Shown here one piece after another: positions 37,157 to 49,750 of a stretch of 64,000 nucleotides of DNA. The DNA is from Antedon mediterranea (taxonomy: Eukaryota; Animalia; Echinodermata). The notes beneath the pieces were generated by a model. It saw nothing but the letters and a program-made list of their open reading frames with translations. It ran no database searches and had not been told where the DNA came from. Position 1 is the stretch's first letter; each line of letters begins with the position of its first letter. The position numbers and the translations under genes were made by a program. The DNA is taken from NCBI RefSeq assembly GCF_964355755.1, contig NC_092674.1:17732001-17796000 (forward strand), read 5' to 3'.

Positions 37157-38805
37157 TATTTTTTTCTTCTTCAATCATCCTGCACATGACTGCAGAAAAT
37201 GACCAAAATTAGTGGAAGGCAAGCTTCCAAATATATAACCAATCAACGAGTGCCATTGTACATAGCTGACTTGACTTCTACCTTGTGGAGAAGTTCTCCA
37301 TCATGACAACATCTGAAGTTGAAAATCGTTGGTCAATGTGTTTTCAAAATTATTGTTAGAAATATTGAATTAAAAACTCAATATTTTTTTTTATTCTATC
37401 CTATCTAATCAAGTGAAAAGCCAGGATGTTATTTGATTTTTTGGAAGCAATTTTTAAGAAATAAGTTGTTTTATTGGAATTATAGTTATAAATGAATAAT
37501 TTCTCAAAGTTTTTTGTGATGTTAGGTACGCTGAATGAAAGATTTGCGGTGGAGCATTCAATTAATCTTTTATTTGTCTAATTCATATAAAAATAAAAAT
37601 CAGAAAACTTTTGTTACACTGTAGTTTAAAATATACAGAAAATATAATATAACACTATAATATAATATAATAAACACAATATAAAAGTACAGACAATATT
37701 TAAAAGTTATAAAAATGTTTCATGATATACAAAAGCAATTGCAAAGTTTATGAAAATTAAATTATACTTCAAATTATGATCCAGGTGTTCTTTTCATGAG
37801 AGGCAAATTAACTTGAGACATGTTTATTATAAGTAGCAATCGATTGAGGAACGAATCACTTGTTATAACGTTTAGTACGACTACAAGGAATATTAGATGG
37901 GAGGAAAGTTTATTCTTTAAAAAGAGGGTGGTCAGTTTGGGAGAGAATATGTTTAATACTCTAGTAGCTAGATCAACTTTCGTATGCACTTTGAGAAATT
38001 GGTTTAGGATGGTTACACATTTTGAAAATGTGGCAAAAGGTCAGGGTGAAAGGTTATAATACCAAACACCAATAGGTCCTTAAATCTCAACAACCACTGT
38101 TCACAGCAAGATAATTTTGGTCTCAAATTGATCAGAAGGTATATATTTATATTCAATCTAATGTGACATTTCTGACCCGTGACCCACTACCCAGGGCATG
38201 TATCCGTAACTACTGGTCATAGACACTTAAATTATGTCTTAAATTGTTCGAAATATACATTTTGTTATTTGTTGCACATTTTGAAAAATGTTACAAAAGG
38301 TCAAAGGGTCAGGGTCATTACACATTTATTTGGAAATTAAATTGATGATTAAATTCATAGTTTTTTTTCTTTCAAAATAAATCAAAATTACAAAGGCACA
38401 TACCTCTTCTTCGACATTTTCGGGAGCTGATCTCTAAAAACATTAAATTCAATTTTATTTATTAAATGATTAATACTATTAAACAACAATAAAACAACTT
38501 ATTTCTTAAAAATTGCTTCCAAAAAATCAAATAACATCCTGGCTTTTCACTTGATTAGATAGGATAGAATAAAAAAAAATATTGAGTTTTTAATTCAATA
38601 TTTCTAACAATAATTTTGAAAACACATTGACCAACGATTTTCAACTTAGATGTTGTCATGATGGAGAACTTCTCCACAAGGTAGAAGTCAAGTCAGCTAT
38701 GTACAATGGCACTCGTTGATTGGTTATATATTTGGAAGCTTGCCTTCCACTAATTTTGGTCATTTTCTGCAGTCATGTGCAGGATGATTGAAGAAGAAAA
38801 AAATA
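37157..38805. repeat. Near-perfect 320-bp inverted repeat (37157-37476 / 38487-38805), ~1-kb spacer
   Basis: Direct comparison shows only one 1-nt indel (catctGaagtt vs catctaagtt). Confidence 0.93.
37563..38020 (-). pseudogene. L2 3' end fragment in the inverted-repeat spacer
   Basis: The minus strand reads HPLFKE*TFLPS..RTKRYNK*FVPQSI, followed by an AT-rich UTR and aataaa. Confidence 0.55.
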
Positions 38806-39359
38806 GGCCTATTGTATATCAACTTTTTCATCTACAACTTGACTTTAATATTTAAACTACGGTATATTATTTCAATATATCTTGCACACGCATTAAGAGA
38901 TTATATCATATAAGGACAAAAGGCATTATGCTTAGGATAAACATTTTTAAACCGTGCATTTAGGTCATAAAAACATCGCATTAATAAACACTCTGGTCGA
39001 TGTAGGCCTACTGTACCTTCTTTGACATTGGCTGGTTTCTATATACCCTCGCCACCAGTTCCGGAAATCCCTCTCCTTTTAACATATTCACGAATTCTTT
39101 TCGCATAGACTCATCTAAAAAGAATTCAATAAGGTTTGTTTTTATATAATTGGTTTCCTAGGAAAAACGCAGTGACGTGTTGTGCATGCAAAGTAAATAA
39201 GTTCTGTACAGTGAGGTTGACCAATTACGAGCAAGCACTCATCACTGTCGCTTTTGATTGGTCAAATTATTGAGTTAGGCTGCTAGGCGATGCATTGGGT
39301 TTGCGTTCCTTACAGATTCGAGAACTAAACTTAACTGATAAATAATACTGTATGTGATT

Positions 39360-39440
39360 CCCGATTAACCGGGATAGGAATCCCGGTTAATCGGGATTAT
39401 GATCCCGGTCTATTGGGATCCCAATTAACCGGGATTTCGA
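39360..39440. repeat. CCC-initiated terminus with alternating subterminal repeats (probable left end of the CMC/EnSpm element)
   Basis: CCCGATTAACCGGGAT repeated in direct and inverted orientation four times. Confidence 0.55.
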
Positions 39441-40329
39441 TCGGAAATATTGTTTTGACCTCGCTCCTATAATATTATTAAAAATAATTTTAAAGATCAT
39501 TTAGGCCTTAATATAAGAACCACGCCTAGTTATGCGACCAGTTCAGGATAGCTGAACTTTGTTTTTATTAACTAGGTTAGGCATAAACCTAGCCTAGCTA
39601 GTAGGCCTATATAGGAGCCTTCTTCTACTCTAGCCTAGCTAGCTAGGCTTAGTAGTAGGCTTACACATTATTATTAAATATTAAATAGGCGCTCTATTTC
39701 ATAGGCCTATTTAGGCCTAGTCAATATATAGGCCTAATTAGGTCTAGGTGTAGGCATTGCTAGCGAGGCTTTGCCTACTTGTACCTAAATAGGGATTGCC
39801 TAGATCTATATTCTGAAAAAAGCTACACAGCCTAGGCCTTAATATATATAGAATAGGGCCGGGTAGGCCTAAAGACGGTACCTACCTCCAATCATACCAA
39901 CAACTCACTTTTGAATTCCGTAACCCCGGCATTTAGTGGTTACATAATCGCCTACTTTTGGTGGTTGGTCAACAGGCTGAATTACGGAAGAAATTTTAAT
40001 GATATTCCCCGTAATAGGGGTATCATTAACCCACAGAATCAGTATAATAGACATGAAGATATGATATATGATTCACGGTTGGTTGCACGCTTCTTTTTTT
40101 TCTACGTCCGGCGTGTAGTAACCGTGCATGTTTATATTATTGTTACGGTTTAACAAAGGAAGGGCATACAAATAAAAATGCAATAATAGACCACGGAGAC
40201 TGCATGAATAGACATTGTTTCAACATCCTGCCTCACTTTTGTCTAGTTATTTATTGATTATTGTTGACCTGGGCTGAGCCTGGGTGTAACCGTAAATCAA
40301 TTTGGCCAAAAATATGGGGAAATTTGAAA

Positions 40330-40447
40330 ATGCGGTAAAAAAATCAAAATGCGGTAGAAAACGTCGAGATAGCGGTAGCGCGGTAGATGGGTACTAAAAG
40401 CGGTAGACTACCGCCTACCGCGAGTAGCGGTAGACTTGGGACCCCTG
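40330..40447. repeat. hAT-like terminus with GCGGTAG subterminal repeats
   Basis: About seven gcggta(g) units ending cttgggaccCCTG. Confidence 0.5.
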
Positions 40448-42110
40448 TATTCATAATTTTGACAAAACATTTATTTGTTTCAGGCGCAACAAAGCGCGTT
40501 TTTTGAGTACGGTTGCTTCTATTTTCTGGCGAGCGGTGTTTGTCACCTTTTTTACTGCCGAAATCATACTTTACAAAGCAAAAACCGATACCAAAGGCGA
40601 AGAACAAGCAACTTTCAAAATACAGTAAGCTAAATCTAATAACTGAACCATGTAAAAATAACTAGGCCAAAGCTGTCAATTTAAAGGTCATATGAGCGTA
40701 TTTTATGTGGCGGCACAACGCGCGTCTTTAGAATAGAATGTAACCAATTATCTTTGTGTGATGCCGATTTCCGCCCACATAGCTAGTCAGTATGTGAGAA
40801 TGAGATAGTTTCTGACCAAAAAAAGTTCATAAATAACAACAGTAGTAAGGTCTACTTTATAAACAATTATAGACTAGAGGTTTGAAGACAAAGCAACAAA
40901 ACTCAAAAGATTGACTTTAAAATAACAAATTATGTTTATTCAATATTAATAAACCACAGTGAACCATTTAGCCTAGGCCTAGGCGCTAGGCTAGTAGTAG
41001 CTAGCCTAGGTCTAGTTATTAATTTTTACATTATTTTTTATAATTCAAAGATTTTGTTTTTAATTTTAAGCAAAAATATTCAAGCAAAAATGAATATTTA
41101 TGTTACAAATTATGTTTTAAACCATGCTTTAAAACTAGGCCTAGGATAGGTAGGCCTAAAAAAATAGAATAGAGGCCTACAATTAATCCATTGAAAGAAC
41201 GAGTTTTCACAGAAAACATTTAGGCCTAGGCCGTAGGCCGTAGGCCTAGACATTTCAGTAGCTATAACCTACATCATAGCAAAGCTTTACGTTCATCCGG
41301 CAAAACAATGTTGAATATTCTCTTCAGTTTATTAGGATTTCTTCTCTCCCGGTAATTTGACACAATCGATCTGAAAAATAATCAAATAACAAATATGCAA
41401 TAGGCTATATTATAGTAGGCCTATATGACCTGGGATGAGATGAAATAAAAATACATTATAAAAATACACATAGAATATGGACTTTTTAGACATTAGCTTA
41501 ATATATGAATTTTTAAAAAAATTGGCCATGTTATTATTATTAAACTAATCAAAATTGGTCTAAATTAAAAAATAAATTTGGTTGGTTTTGCATTATTTTT
41601 TACTTTATATTTAATATTGTTACTATATACATTACATTTATGTTCTAAATTTATGTGTTCTTTGTTGGCAAATTAATGGCTATAAGGCCTAGCTAGTGGG
41701 GTATGTTGTATCATCACAATGCAACCATGGAGGAAATATACATGATGCAACATAGCTTAGAGGGTTAAAATTGTTTTGGGTGGCCTGTGCTGGGCTAGGC
41801 GTTTTTGGGCCCTAATAGCATTGAATAATTATTGATCTGTCTAATAATAATATAAGGTAGTGTACTTACAGGTATAAAAAGTGCAGTATTACATCATATT
41901 CTAGTCGATGTACAGTATATTAATATTTTATATAAAGCCCAAAACTGGTTATCCTACCTAATAGTTCTAGAATAGGCCTACTGTTATGTTTCGTTTGTTT
42001 TAAAGATAGATGTAACTATTTTTGTCATTCGTAGTATAAATGGGCCTTAGGCCTATATTCTGCCAAAACCACAATTTTTAATTTACTGTTTGTTATTCTT
42101 TATAAAGAAA

Positions 42111-43345
42111 ATGATTTCAGAACTGAGTTCGACATCGTGCACAGATGAGAGTCCACAGCAAACTCCAAACAAGAGGAAGCGGAGGTACTCTAAACATTTC
42201 AGGTTTAATCCCCGAAGAGGGAGATATGTTGCTCATCGGATGCGGAATCGGATGAAACAATCCAGTCCAACTCCTTCAATAAGCTCAGTGAATTCAGACA
42301 ACCAGACCTGGCCTACCATTACTACTACTAGTAATAGTAGTAGTAGTGGTAATAGTAGTAGTAGTGGTAGTAGTAGTAATATCAGTAGTAGTAGTAGTAG
42401 CAGTAGTCAAGACGAGGAGATATCTACGTAGAGGTCTTCTTTGATATTTAGTGCTACCGCAAGTGATAGTGAAAGATCAGAGTCTGATATGGGTGGTAGT
42501 GATAATGGAAATTTACATCAACATTTATTTGAAGGATCGAGCCACACCTACCTGAGTTTTTATACAAGCATACTTTTGTTTGTAATTAAACATAATTTAA
42601 CCAAAATTGCATTTTCCGATTTGATCAAATTATTGATTTCTTTTCTTCCAAATTCATGTAATGTTGCAAATTCAGTATTTAAAATCAAGAAAATCCTAAA
42701 ACAAGAAACTAAATATCAAATAGCACTATTACTGTGATCATTGTTTGAAAGAAGATGTAGACTCCAACCAATGCCTATGTGGAGGAAACATGATTGCTTA
42801 TCACTCCATAAGTTTGGATAAGCAACTAGGAGACATGTTTAAAGGTATGGAATATGTATACTAAACCAGGGAAACTCTTCCCTGCTAAAACATAGCGTTC
42901 GATAGTTGAAATGTTTTGAGACTGAACTTAAAACAAACATGTTAACTAATATGATTTACAAAACTCATATTTCAGACAAAAGATTTTGCGATTCGGTTAT
43001 GAAACCAAGAGGCCATCACAACACAGATATTTGTAGCGGATCAGAATTCAAATGAATTAGCAACACAGATTTAGGTCAAAATGATGTATTCTTAACATTC
43101 ACTCTGAATACAGGTGTGGTTTCTATGTTGTTTTGAATAGTTTGTTTATATAGGCCTACAGTTTGTTTTTTTAATGAGGCGGAGGATATACCTCTTGTCA
43201 TATAAAAATATAATAATCGTCCTTTCTTTTTTTCTATTCCGTTTTATTTATTACCTTAATCAGATGGTGTGTCTATTTTCAAGTCATCGAACAAGAGTCT
43301 CTGGCCAGTATACTTGGTGATCAATGAGCTACCAGTACAGCTCGG
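42111..43345 (+). pseudogene. CMC/EnSpm-like transposase, N-terminal exons (42111-42844, 42976-43113, 43264-43345)
   Basis: KHNLT..AFSDLIKLL, YCDHC..CLC, and spliced LTFTLNT|DGVSIFKSSNKSLWPVYLVINELP. GT-AG introns in matching phase; in-frame stops present. Confidence 0.85.
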
Positions 43346-43593
43346 GTATAAGTACTAACAAAACTATATAATATAAGCTCAGGATTCCACATTAACCATC
43401 TTTTAAATAATGGTCTTGATAATATATATATATGTATATATATATAAATCCAAAGGCAAATTACTGAAAAAAATGACAATGCTGTGGGTATATAAATGTT
43501 CGGTTCAATGTAACCGTCTAAAAAGTGCTCAATACGGTAAAGTAGAGCTAAAATATACGTTAAGTCTGGAAAAGAAGTAAAAACTACAGTTTG

Positions 43594-43642
43594 GTCTCTA
43601 CAGGCTTGTTTCGTGAGTCGTGAAACTCACTCATCAGGAGAC
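43594..43642 (-). ncRNA. Type I hammerhead ribozyme
   Basis: Minus strand gtctc CTGATGA gtgagt-ttcacg-actcac GAAA ca-agcc-tg TA gagac: all three stems pair, with a GUA cleavage triplet. Confidence 0.9.
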
Positions 43643-43727
43643 TATAATGAGAAGAATCAATTACAACGTTGCTTATAAGCACATTTACTTGTAGAATTAG
43701 CATTTACAGGTGATATGTTTTGGAATG

Positions 43728-45257
43728 TCAGCTGTTATGTAACAATGCTTTCTTTCTGTGCCGGCAGGCGGACACAAGTTTGTTACGTTTGTTTAATGTC
43801 GTTAATTCAGGGTGGCGGATGATAAATAATTTCTCTTTGAGGCAGAGGTTGCATTTTTTGTTTGCGCTACTATATGCTTTAGTAGATGCCAAGATGCGCC
43901 ATGAGATTGAATAGTCTGTGTTGTTGTCCTTGAGTGTCCAAATATGTTTACTGAGTTCGGTTGAGTTTCTAGAACGTGTATTACGGAATGATAAGGTGTG
44001 ATTTCTGTATCGTGTTTTAAAATCATTTTCAGTGAGTCCGATATAAGTTTCCGAGGTGGATTTGTCTTTGCGTGTAACTGTGGCTTGGTATATTACAGAT
44101 GATTGTAAGCAATTTCCGTTTAGCGGGCATGTGTTTTTCTGTCGGCAGTTGCATGTTTTGTTTTCTTGCGTGTTTTCCACGGATGTTGTTTCGGGCTGGT
44201 TGAGTATTCTCTTGTTGTGACTGTCTATTATCTGTTTCATATTGTTCATACAACTGTAGCTAATCTTGATAGTGTTTCGGTTGAAGATTTTTCTTAGTTT
44301 GTTAACTTTTGGAAAATGTTTGTCTACTAGGGATAGGAATTTCTGTCCAATGTTTGTGCCGACGTTTTTGCTGAACGGTGGGTTGTACCACAGAATGTCG
44401 TTTCGTTGTCTGTTTTTTCGTCTTGTCTGGGTTACCGGCTCGTATTTTAGTGTGTACTTGTATCCACTGTCGTTGAGAGTTTTTTGGTATACAGGGGCGG
44501 CTTGGTTGAATGAATTCTTGTCGGATGACAAGGACGAGAGTCGTTTGTTTATTCCGGCGGGTATATTCTTTAGGATGGTCGGTGGGTGGTTACTTTGTTG
44601 ATGGATATATTTTAACGTGGCGTTTGGTTTGGTGTAGGGCTGGTATGTGTTCTTCGCAAAGTTGAGTGTGACGTCTAAGAAGTTGATGACTTGTTTGTTT
44701 GCTTCTATGGTAATGCGTAGGCCGTTGTCTTTGAATATTTGGCATATGTCTTTTTTAATATTTTCTGTGCTTTTAGGTGTGGTGTCTGTGACTGCAAGGC
44801 CGTCATCTCTGTAAAGTCCTATGTTGATTCCTAGTTTCTGTTGTAATTGGTGTAACAGGAAGCTTCCAACAAGTTCACATGTTTCTGCGGCATCATAACT
44901 ACCCATAGTCACATCGAATGCTGTGGGGCCTTTCTTTTGCCATGGTTGCTGTTTGTGTGATAGTACTGATTTTTTGGTATGTACGATGATGTCTCTTTCG
45001 TCGTTGGTAATATCATCGTATCTATTAGCGAAGTCTAGTGCTTTATTCAGCAGGTCATTGCTGATAGAGGGGTAAAATTCTACGATGTCGAAGCATATAA
45101 AGTTGTGTTGTTGTTTCTTGTCGATGCTCTTAAACCATTCGATGACCGATGAGGTATTTTTCCATTGATTGGTGCGCAGTTTTGATGTAATTTTGCTGTT
45201 AATACGATCGAGTATAGTTTTGCTTATCTTGCCTATCTCGGGTTTATTAATCGGCAA
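43728..45257 (-). CDS. Penelope RT-thumb-GIY-YIG open frame (509 aa; true start lies upstream across frameshifts)
   Basis: Uninterrupted ORF with RT and GIY-YIG motifs. Confidence 0.85.
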   Translation of the reverse strand: MPINKPEIGKISKTILDRINSKITSKLRTNQWKNTSSVIEWFKSIDKKQQHNFICFDIVEFYPSISNDLLNKALDFANRYDDITNDERDIIVHTKKSVLSHKQQPWQKKGPTAFDVTMGSYDAAETCELVGSFLLHQLQQKLGINIGLYRDDGLAVTDTTPKSTENIKKDICQIFKDNGLRITIEANKQVINFLDVTLNFAKNTYQPYTKPNATLKYIHQQSNHPPTILKNIPAGINKRLSSLSSDKNSFNQAAPVYQKTLNDSGYKYTLKYEPVTQTRRKNRQRNDILWYNPPFSKNVGTNIGQKFLSLVDKHFPKVNKLRKIFNRNTIKISYSCMNNMKQIIDSHNKRILNQPETTSVENTQENKTCNCRQKNTCPLNGNCLQSSVIYQATVTRKDKSTSETYIGLTENDFKTRYRNHTLSFRNTRSRNSTELSKHIWTLKDNNTDYSISWRILASTKAYSSANKKCNLCLKEKLFIIRHPELTTLNKRNKLVSACRHRKKALLHNS

Positions 45258-45730
45258 TTAGGTTTGTTAGTGAAGTTCGGTTTGTGGTCTTTGAGGGTTA
45301 TGAAAGCATCTTTATTTGCAGTTGTATCCACTCTGTCAGCGATGTTCAATTTTGTTGCAATACTTTTGTACGAGTGCAGGTTCTGCTTTCTTGTATGATT
45401 TGGTGATGTTTTCTTCTAGGAGGTTGTCATACGTCGGTGGGTCTAGTTTGTAGAAATTTGTGGTTTTGTCGGCTGCAATTAAAAGTTTGGGCTCGTTTTC
45501 AATTTTCTTGGAGTCGGTTTTTAACTTGTTGAGTAGAGGGTTGTCTGCGTTTTTGAATGTTGTCGATTGTATCAGATGGAGTATGTCATCTTCGAATTCG
45601 TATAGTTCATCGATCGGTGGTGGGTTTTTGGTAGACTTGAAGCCAAATGTTTTTTTTGGATGATGCGGTGGTGCTGGAATTAAGGAAGAAGTGGGCCTTC
45701 CATCGCATTCTACGTAGAAATTGCTCAACA

Positions 45731-47091
45731 CTAATAAGTGGTTGGGGTTTAGTTTTATTAGCTAACATCTGCATGCCTTGGTGCCATTTATGGGGATTAG
45801 TGGCTTTTAAGTTTAATAAACGTTCATTGTAAAAGTTCATTTTGTCTTTCTTGATCACTTTTTGTACCTTATTCCTATAGAATTTCCATTCAGCGATTTA
45901 CCATGATTAGTAAAAGCGTGTTGACGTTTCATTATAAGATCCTTTGCTTGTTGTGAAATCCATGGCTTATCAGTTGGATGTATCTTAATGGATTTAACCG
46001 GGAAGAAAGTGTTCATAGCAGAAGTCAATGACAAATAAAATGATTGCGTTTTCTGTTCAGTAGTACTCGCGTTAATAACCTCGTTCCAGTCATGGGAATT
46101 CTTCAACACTTTTCGCTTTCATTTGTCTGATTACACGCTTTTCGATTTTGTTGCTATTCGTCCTTGTAGTTGCTGACAACAGAACACAATTATGATCGCT
46201 AGCACCCATCGGCGACACAATTCGGGGATCGCAATAATACTGCTTCAGATTAGTGGCTATAATATCTAGTATTGCATCCCCTCGAGTTGGTTCTTTCACA
46301 ATTTGTTTTAGGTTATGTGCACGGCATAGTGGGGCTAGGTCAGTTCTGTTCAGGTCCCCCATAATAATGAAGCCAGCGTCTGGGTGTTTAAGTTTAAGAC
46401 TGTCAAGAGATTTAATAATATGATCCAAAAGTAATTGTTGGTCAGAAGAATTAGGTGGAATATATATTCCACAAACTATAATAGAGGATACAGCTCTAGG
46501 AAGCCTCTTCGGTCTTATAAAAACCCAAACACACTCTAGCTCTTCGGGTACTACTATTTCAGGTATTCTTCGCGACAGAAATTCAGAATTAACATATACA
46601 GCCACTCCACCACCCTTCCTATGCGTTCTATGATAGGTATAAATATTGAAGTTGTTAATCATCAGTGCATCATCTGTTATTTGCGGTGTTTGCCAAGTCT
46701 CTGTGACAACTGCTAAATCAATACAATTTTGAAGTAGAAGGGTTTCTAGTTCGTCCACACGGTAGATTAACGAACGCGGGTTAGTCAGGAAAATCGATGG
46801 GAGTGATGGCTGTAACATTGTATAGTTGACTTTACGAAGTGAATTAGGGAATAAACTACTTAGAAAACGCCCTCGCTTGTTGTCTATATAATCAGAAGCA
46901 CGTGTAACAGTGATAATAGTGGGAATTTTTCTGCGTATATTTACACCACCTCTTCTACCTCTACTTTTACGATAGATGCCAAGATTATTCAGCTTAGTGA
47001 GGGTTCCCTTAGGTAGGTATTGCACCTTATTACGATGTTTAATGAAGGCTGATCCAATATAAAATAGCTCATGTCTGGAATAACGAGTCAT
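45731..47091 (-). pseudogene. L2-group LINE 5' half (YSR..RGRRGG leader, APE domain, linker), no RT of its own
   Basis: MTRYSRHEL, LTNPRSL, VTETW, GGGVAVY, GDLN, SDH, then DKPWI and KWHQ linker motifs. Confidence 0.88.
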
Positions 47092-47665
47092 TTTGGATTT
47101 CTCAGTGGCTTGTGTATCATTCCAATATAAGAATTAAATGAGAACTTATCTCACCCCAACAACAGCAGTACAGATAAAATGTTAAAAATGGAAATTATCT
47201 CAATCCAACACCAACACTCAACAGTACAGTTAAAATGTTAAAAAGTGGTTCCACATCAAAAAATGTAAAGAAAAAGTACTTGCACAAAGTTAACATAAGA
47301 TCACAAACACATAAAGATCATCATGCTACAGTCGCCCAATACTTCTGAAACCGCCGATTCTGTCGGTTGGTCTGGGCCTAGGCTAGGCTGCCCACTCGGC
47401 TTGCCTGAATTCTCCGCCGACAACCGTCCGACGATAGGTCACGGCGAGCCCAGCCAGTATCCTGGTTCTTGTTATAGTTTCAGTTGTGGGCTTAGCAAGT
47501 TAATGTTCAGATTGCAATTTAAGCATAACATGTAGCATTCAATCCACAGTACAATGCACAAATTTTACAACTAAAGCAACAGATGTCCACAAAACAACAA
47601 AAAACCAGTCACAAAAGAGGAATTCCAGAGCCAAAAATCTGTAAACTAATTAAGAATGGTGACAG

Positions 47666-49750
47666 CTATAAAACGCCCTCAGATATATGTGCACCATGTG
47701 CATGTTGGTTCCCAGCCTTTATAAAATTATTACCAAGATAAGATGCTACATTTTTGTACTGCATTTTGTGCACAGTGTTTAATTTTATTTGAGTCACCCT
47801 ATCCTCAACACACAATAGCCCTAAGCTATCTAGTTCTTTTTGTCCTACATGAAATCGAGGACCTTCATTAAGAATAAATCTCACCATTTTGTTTTGTATA
47901 ATCTGCAGTTTATTTTTTAGTGTTTTTGGTGCTGCAGTGTACCACGATGAACATGCATAGTCAAAGTGGTTTTGAATGAGGTAGTACAGGAAAGATATGC
48001 TCAGAATCAGTAAAAGGTTGAAAAAATTGCAACAGAATTTTTTTCACCACAATGCATTTCTATAAGGTCCCTATATGAACATACTAAAAGTCTAGAAAAA
48101 TCCAGGTAGGGGAAATAGGTTTTTTTAAACAAAATGGCCGCCAATGGCGAAAAATGTCTAAAAATGAACAAAAAACATATATTTTATATCTAATTACCAC
48201 TTGATAGCAGTTTTTATAATGCTTTTTATATTTCTTTAGTGTCAAACATTTAAACTGCAATATACATATTAATTTAAATGCTATTTAGCAACAAAAACAC
48301 ACATTTAAGTATCAAGATATCACCACGGTTATAATAATAGACAACGTAGTCCTATGCATTATAATGCAGGACTACGGTGTCTAATAAAACAGTTCATTTA
48401 CATTTGTACTGTCACAACCTCCGAAATTGCAATGACAGCACCATTTATTTCAGATGCTATGTGTCGGAGTTCAGACATTTTTGGAATCAAAGATCTGATG
48501 TTAAGGTGAACGAAGTACAATCCTTTCCTTTTAAAATGCGAAAATTTATTATCGGTGTCTACATTGGTCTTGTTTGTGTCCTCGCTTACCGCAGTTGTAG
48601 CACACAATTGGTCTTCGATTTCTATGTTGCCTTCCATTGTTTGCGGTTGAGGAGTAAGTAGGCCGTTGCCACCGTTGGTCTTGGTGTTGTGATGTCTGTC
48701 GGGCGTTTGGTAACACGATGTTTTCTAGGAGACGATTTGCCCCTGCTTCAGATAAATGTAATCCGTTGAAACTAAGAAGTGATTTATCTATACTTTCGTC
48801 CCAGTAGCGAAATTGGTGTCATTGTTCACGAATTCAATATTTTGTTCCATGGCTAAAGCTTGAAATCGTTTGTTTTAGTCCTTCTAGTTTTACTTGATCA
48901 ACATTGTTGTCTTCTCGCGGGGGGGGGGGGCTTGACACCGTCACACTTTCAGCCTTTGCCTTAACACTTGTTATCATATCTTTACATGCGTTAACGATGT
49001 CATCCACAGTCTCAGAAGATGAAAGGTCATTTGTTCCACAAACTATTGTAACATCTTTAAATGAGGTGGTATCTGGGTTTACAAAGTATGTTTGGATATC
49101 GATGAGGCCCGCTCCACTCATTGGTTGTACAATAAGATCATCACTTTTTGATGTTATATTTTTTATCAATGAGTCGCCAATCAAAATACGTCGGTTTGAC
49201 TCGGTTTTCTCAATTGATGCATGTGTATTTCCAGATGTACATTGATTGGTTAAAGTGACTAAAAGATTATTTAATATGTCTGTTTGCTTCATGTATAACT
49301 CTTCTAAATGCATTATTCTATCGCTCTGGCTTTGTATGATTGTCATTTGTGCTGCATTTGTATTTTTTAGTGTCTCTACAACTTCAAGTATTCGAGATAC
49401 AATTGAAGGCATCATTCTACAGGAGTGACATGGCCATACTCCGTTGGCTTCAGATTCTTTTAATTTAATACAATTCTCGTGGTACCAATGTCCACAAGTA
49501 CAACATCGTATTGTGTTACCTTTGTTAGCGTTTCCTTTGTGAGAGCAAGTCTGGATACATATTTTTCCAGGACCAATGCATTTCGTGTACTTTTCTTTAA
49601 TTTGTCCAGTTGCTTGGTTTGTACCTGCCATGTCAATATGGGTCGTCGTAGTTGTTTACCATTACAGCAGGTCTTATGTAATCGATCGATTAGTAAGAAC
49701 AAAAGAAAGATACAATAGAACAATAGGAATCAGAAAGGTGATCGGGTAGC
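47666..49750 (-). mobile_element. Crack/L2-group LINE with large internal deletion
   Basis: ORF1 at 48834-49631, APE start HLNIRSL..AISE at 48398-48560, RT C-terminus LIQNHFDYACSSWY..KLQIIQNKMVRFIL at 47666-47985. Confidence 0.8.
48834..49631 (-). pseudogene. LINE ORF1 with PHD finger, coiled coil and SGNH/GDSL esterase-like domain
   Basis: IRCCTCGHWYHENC..WPCHSC; LIGDSL and CGTND. Confidence 0.82.

Larger units (their letters stand above)
43495..45730 (-). mobile_element. Penelope-like element, Naiad-type (RT + GIY-YIG), slightly 5'-truncated
   Basis: FLRRMRWKAHFF N-terminus, [21 protein letters not shown], CxCx5C (CNCRQKNTC), YIGLTE..KTRY..H; hammerhead in the 3' region. Confidence 0.93.

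Noticed and set aside
38990-39300. CCAAT-box cluster as a host promoter
   Set aside because: No associated exon or ORF; similar motifs occur in repeat interiors (e.g. 1465-1560).
42090-42431. Ser-rich 113-aa ORF as a host gene
   Set aside because: It is the low-complexity (AGT)n N-terminus of the decayed EnSpm-like transposase.
44100-44160. Selenocysteine-type Naiad
   Set aside because: The CxCx5C and following Cys codons are all TGC and the ORF has no in-frame TGA.
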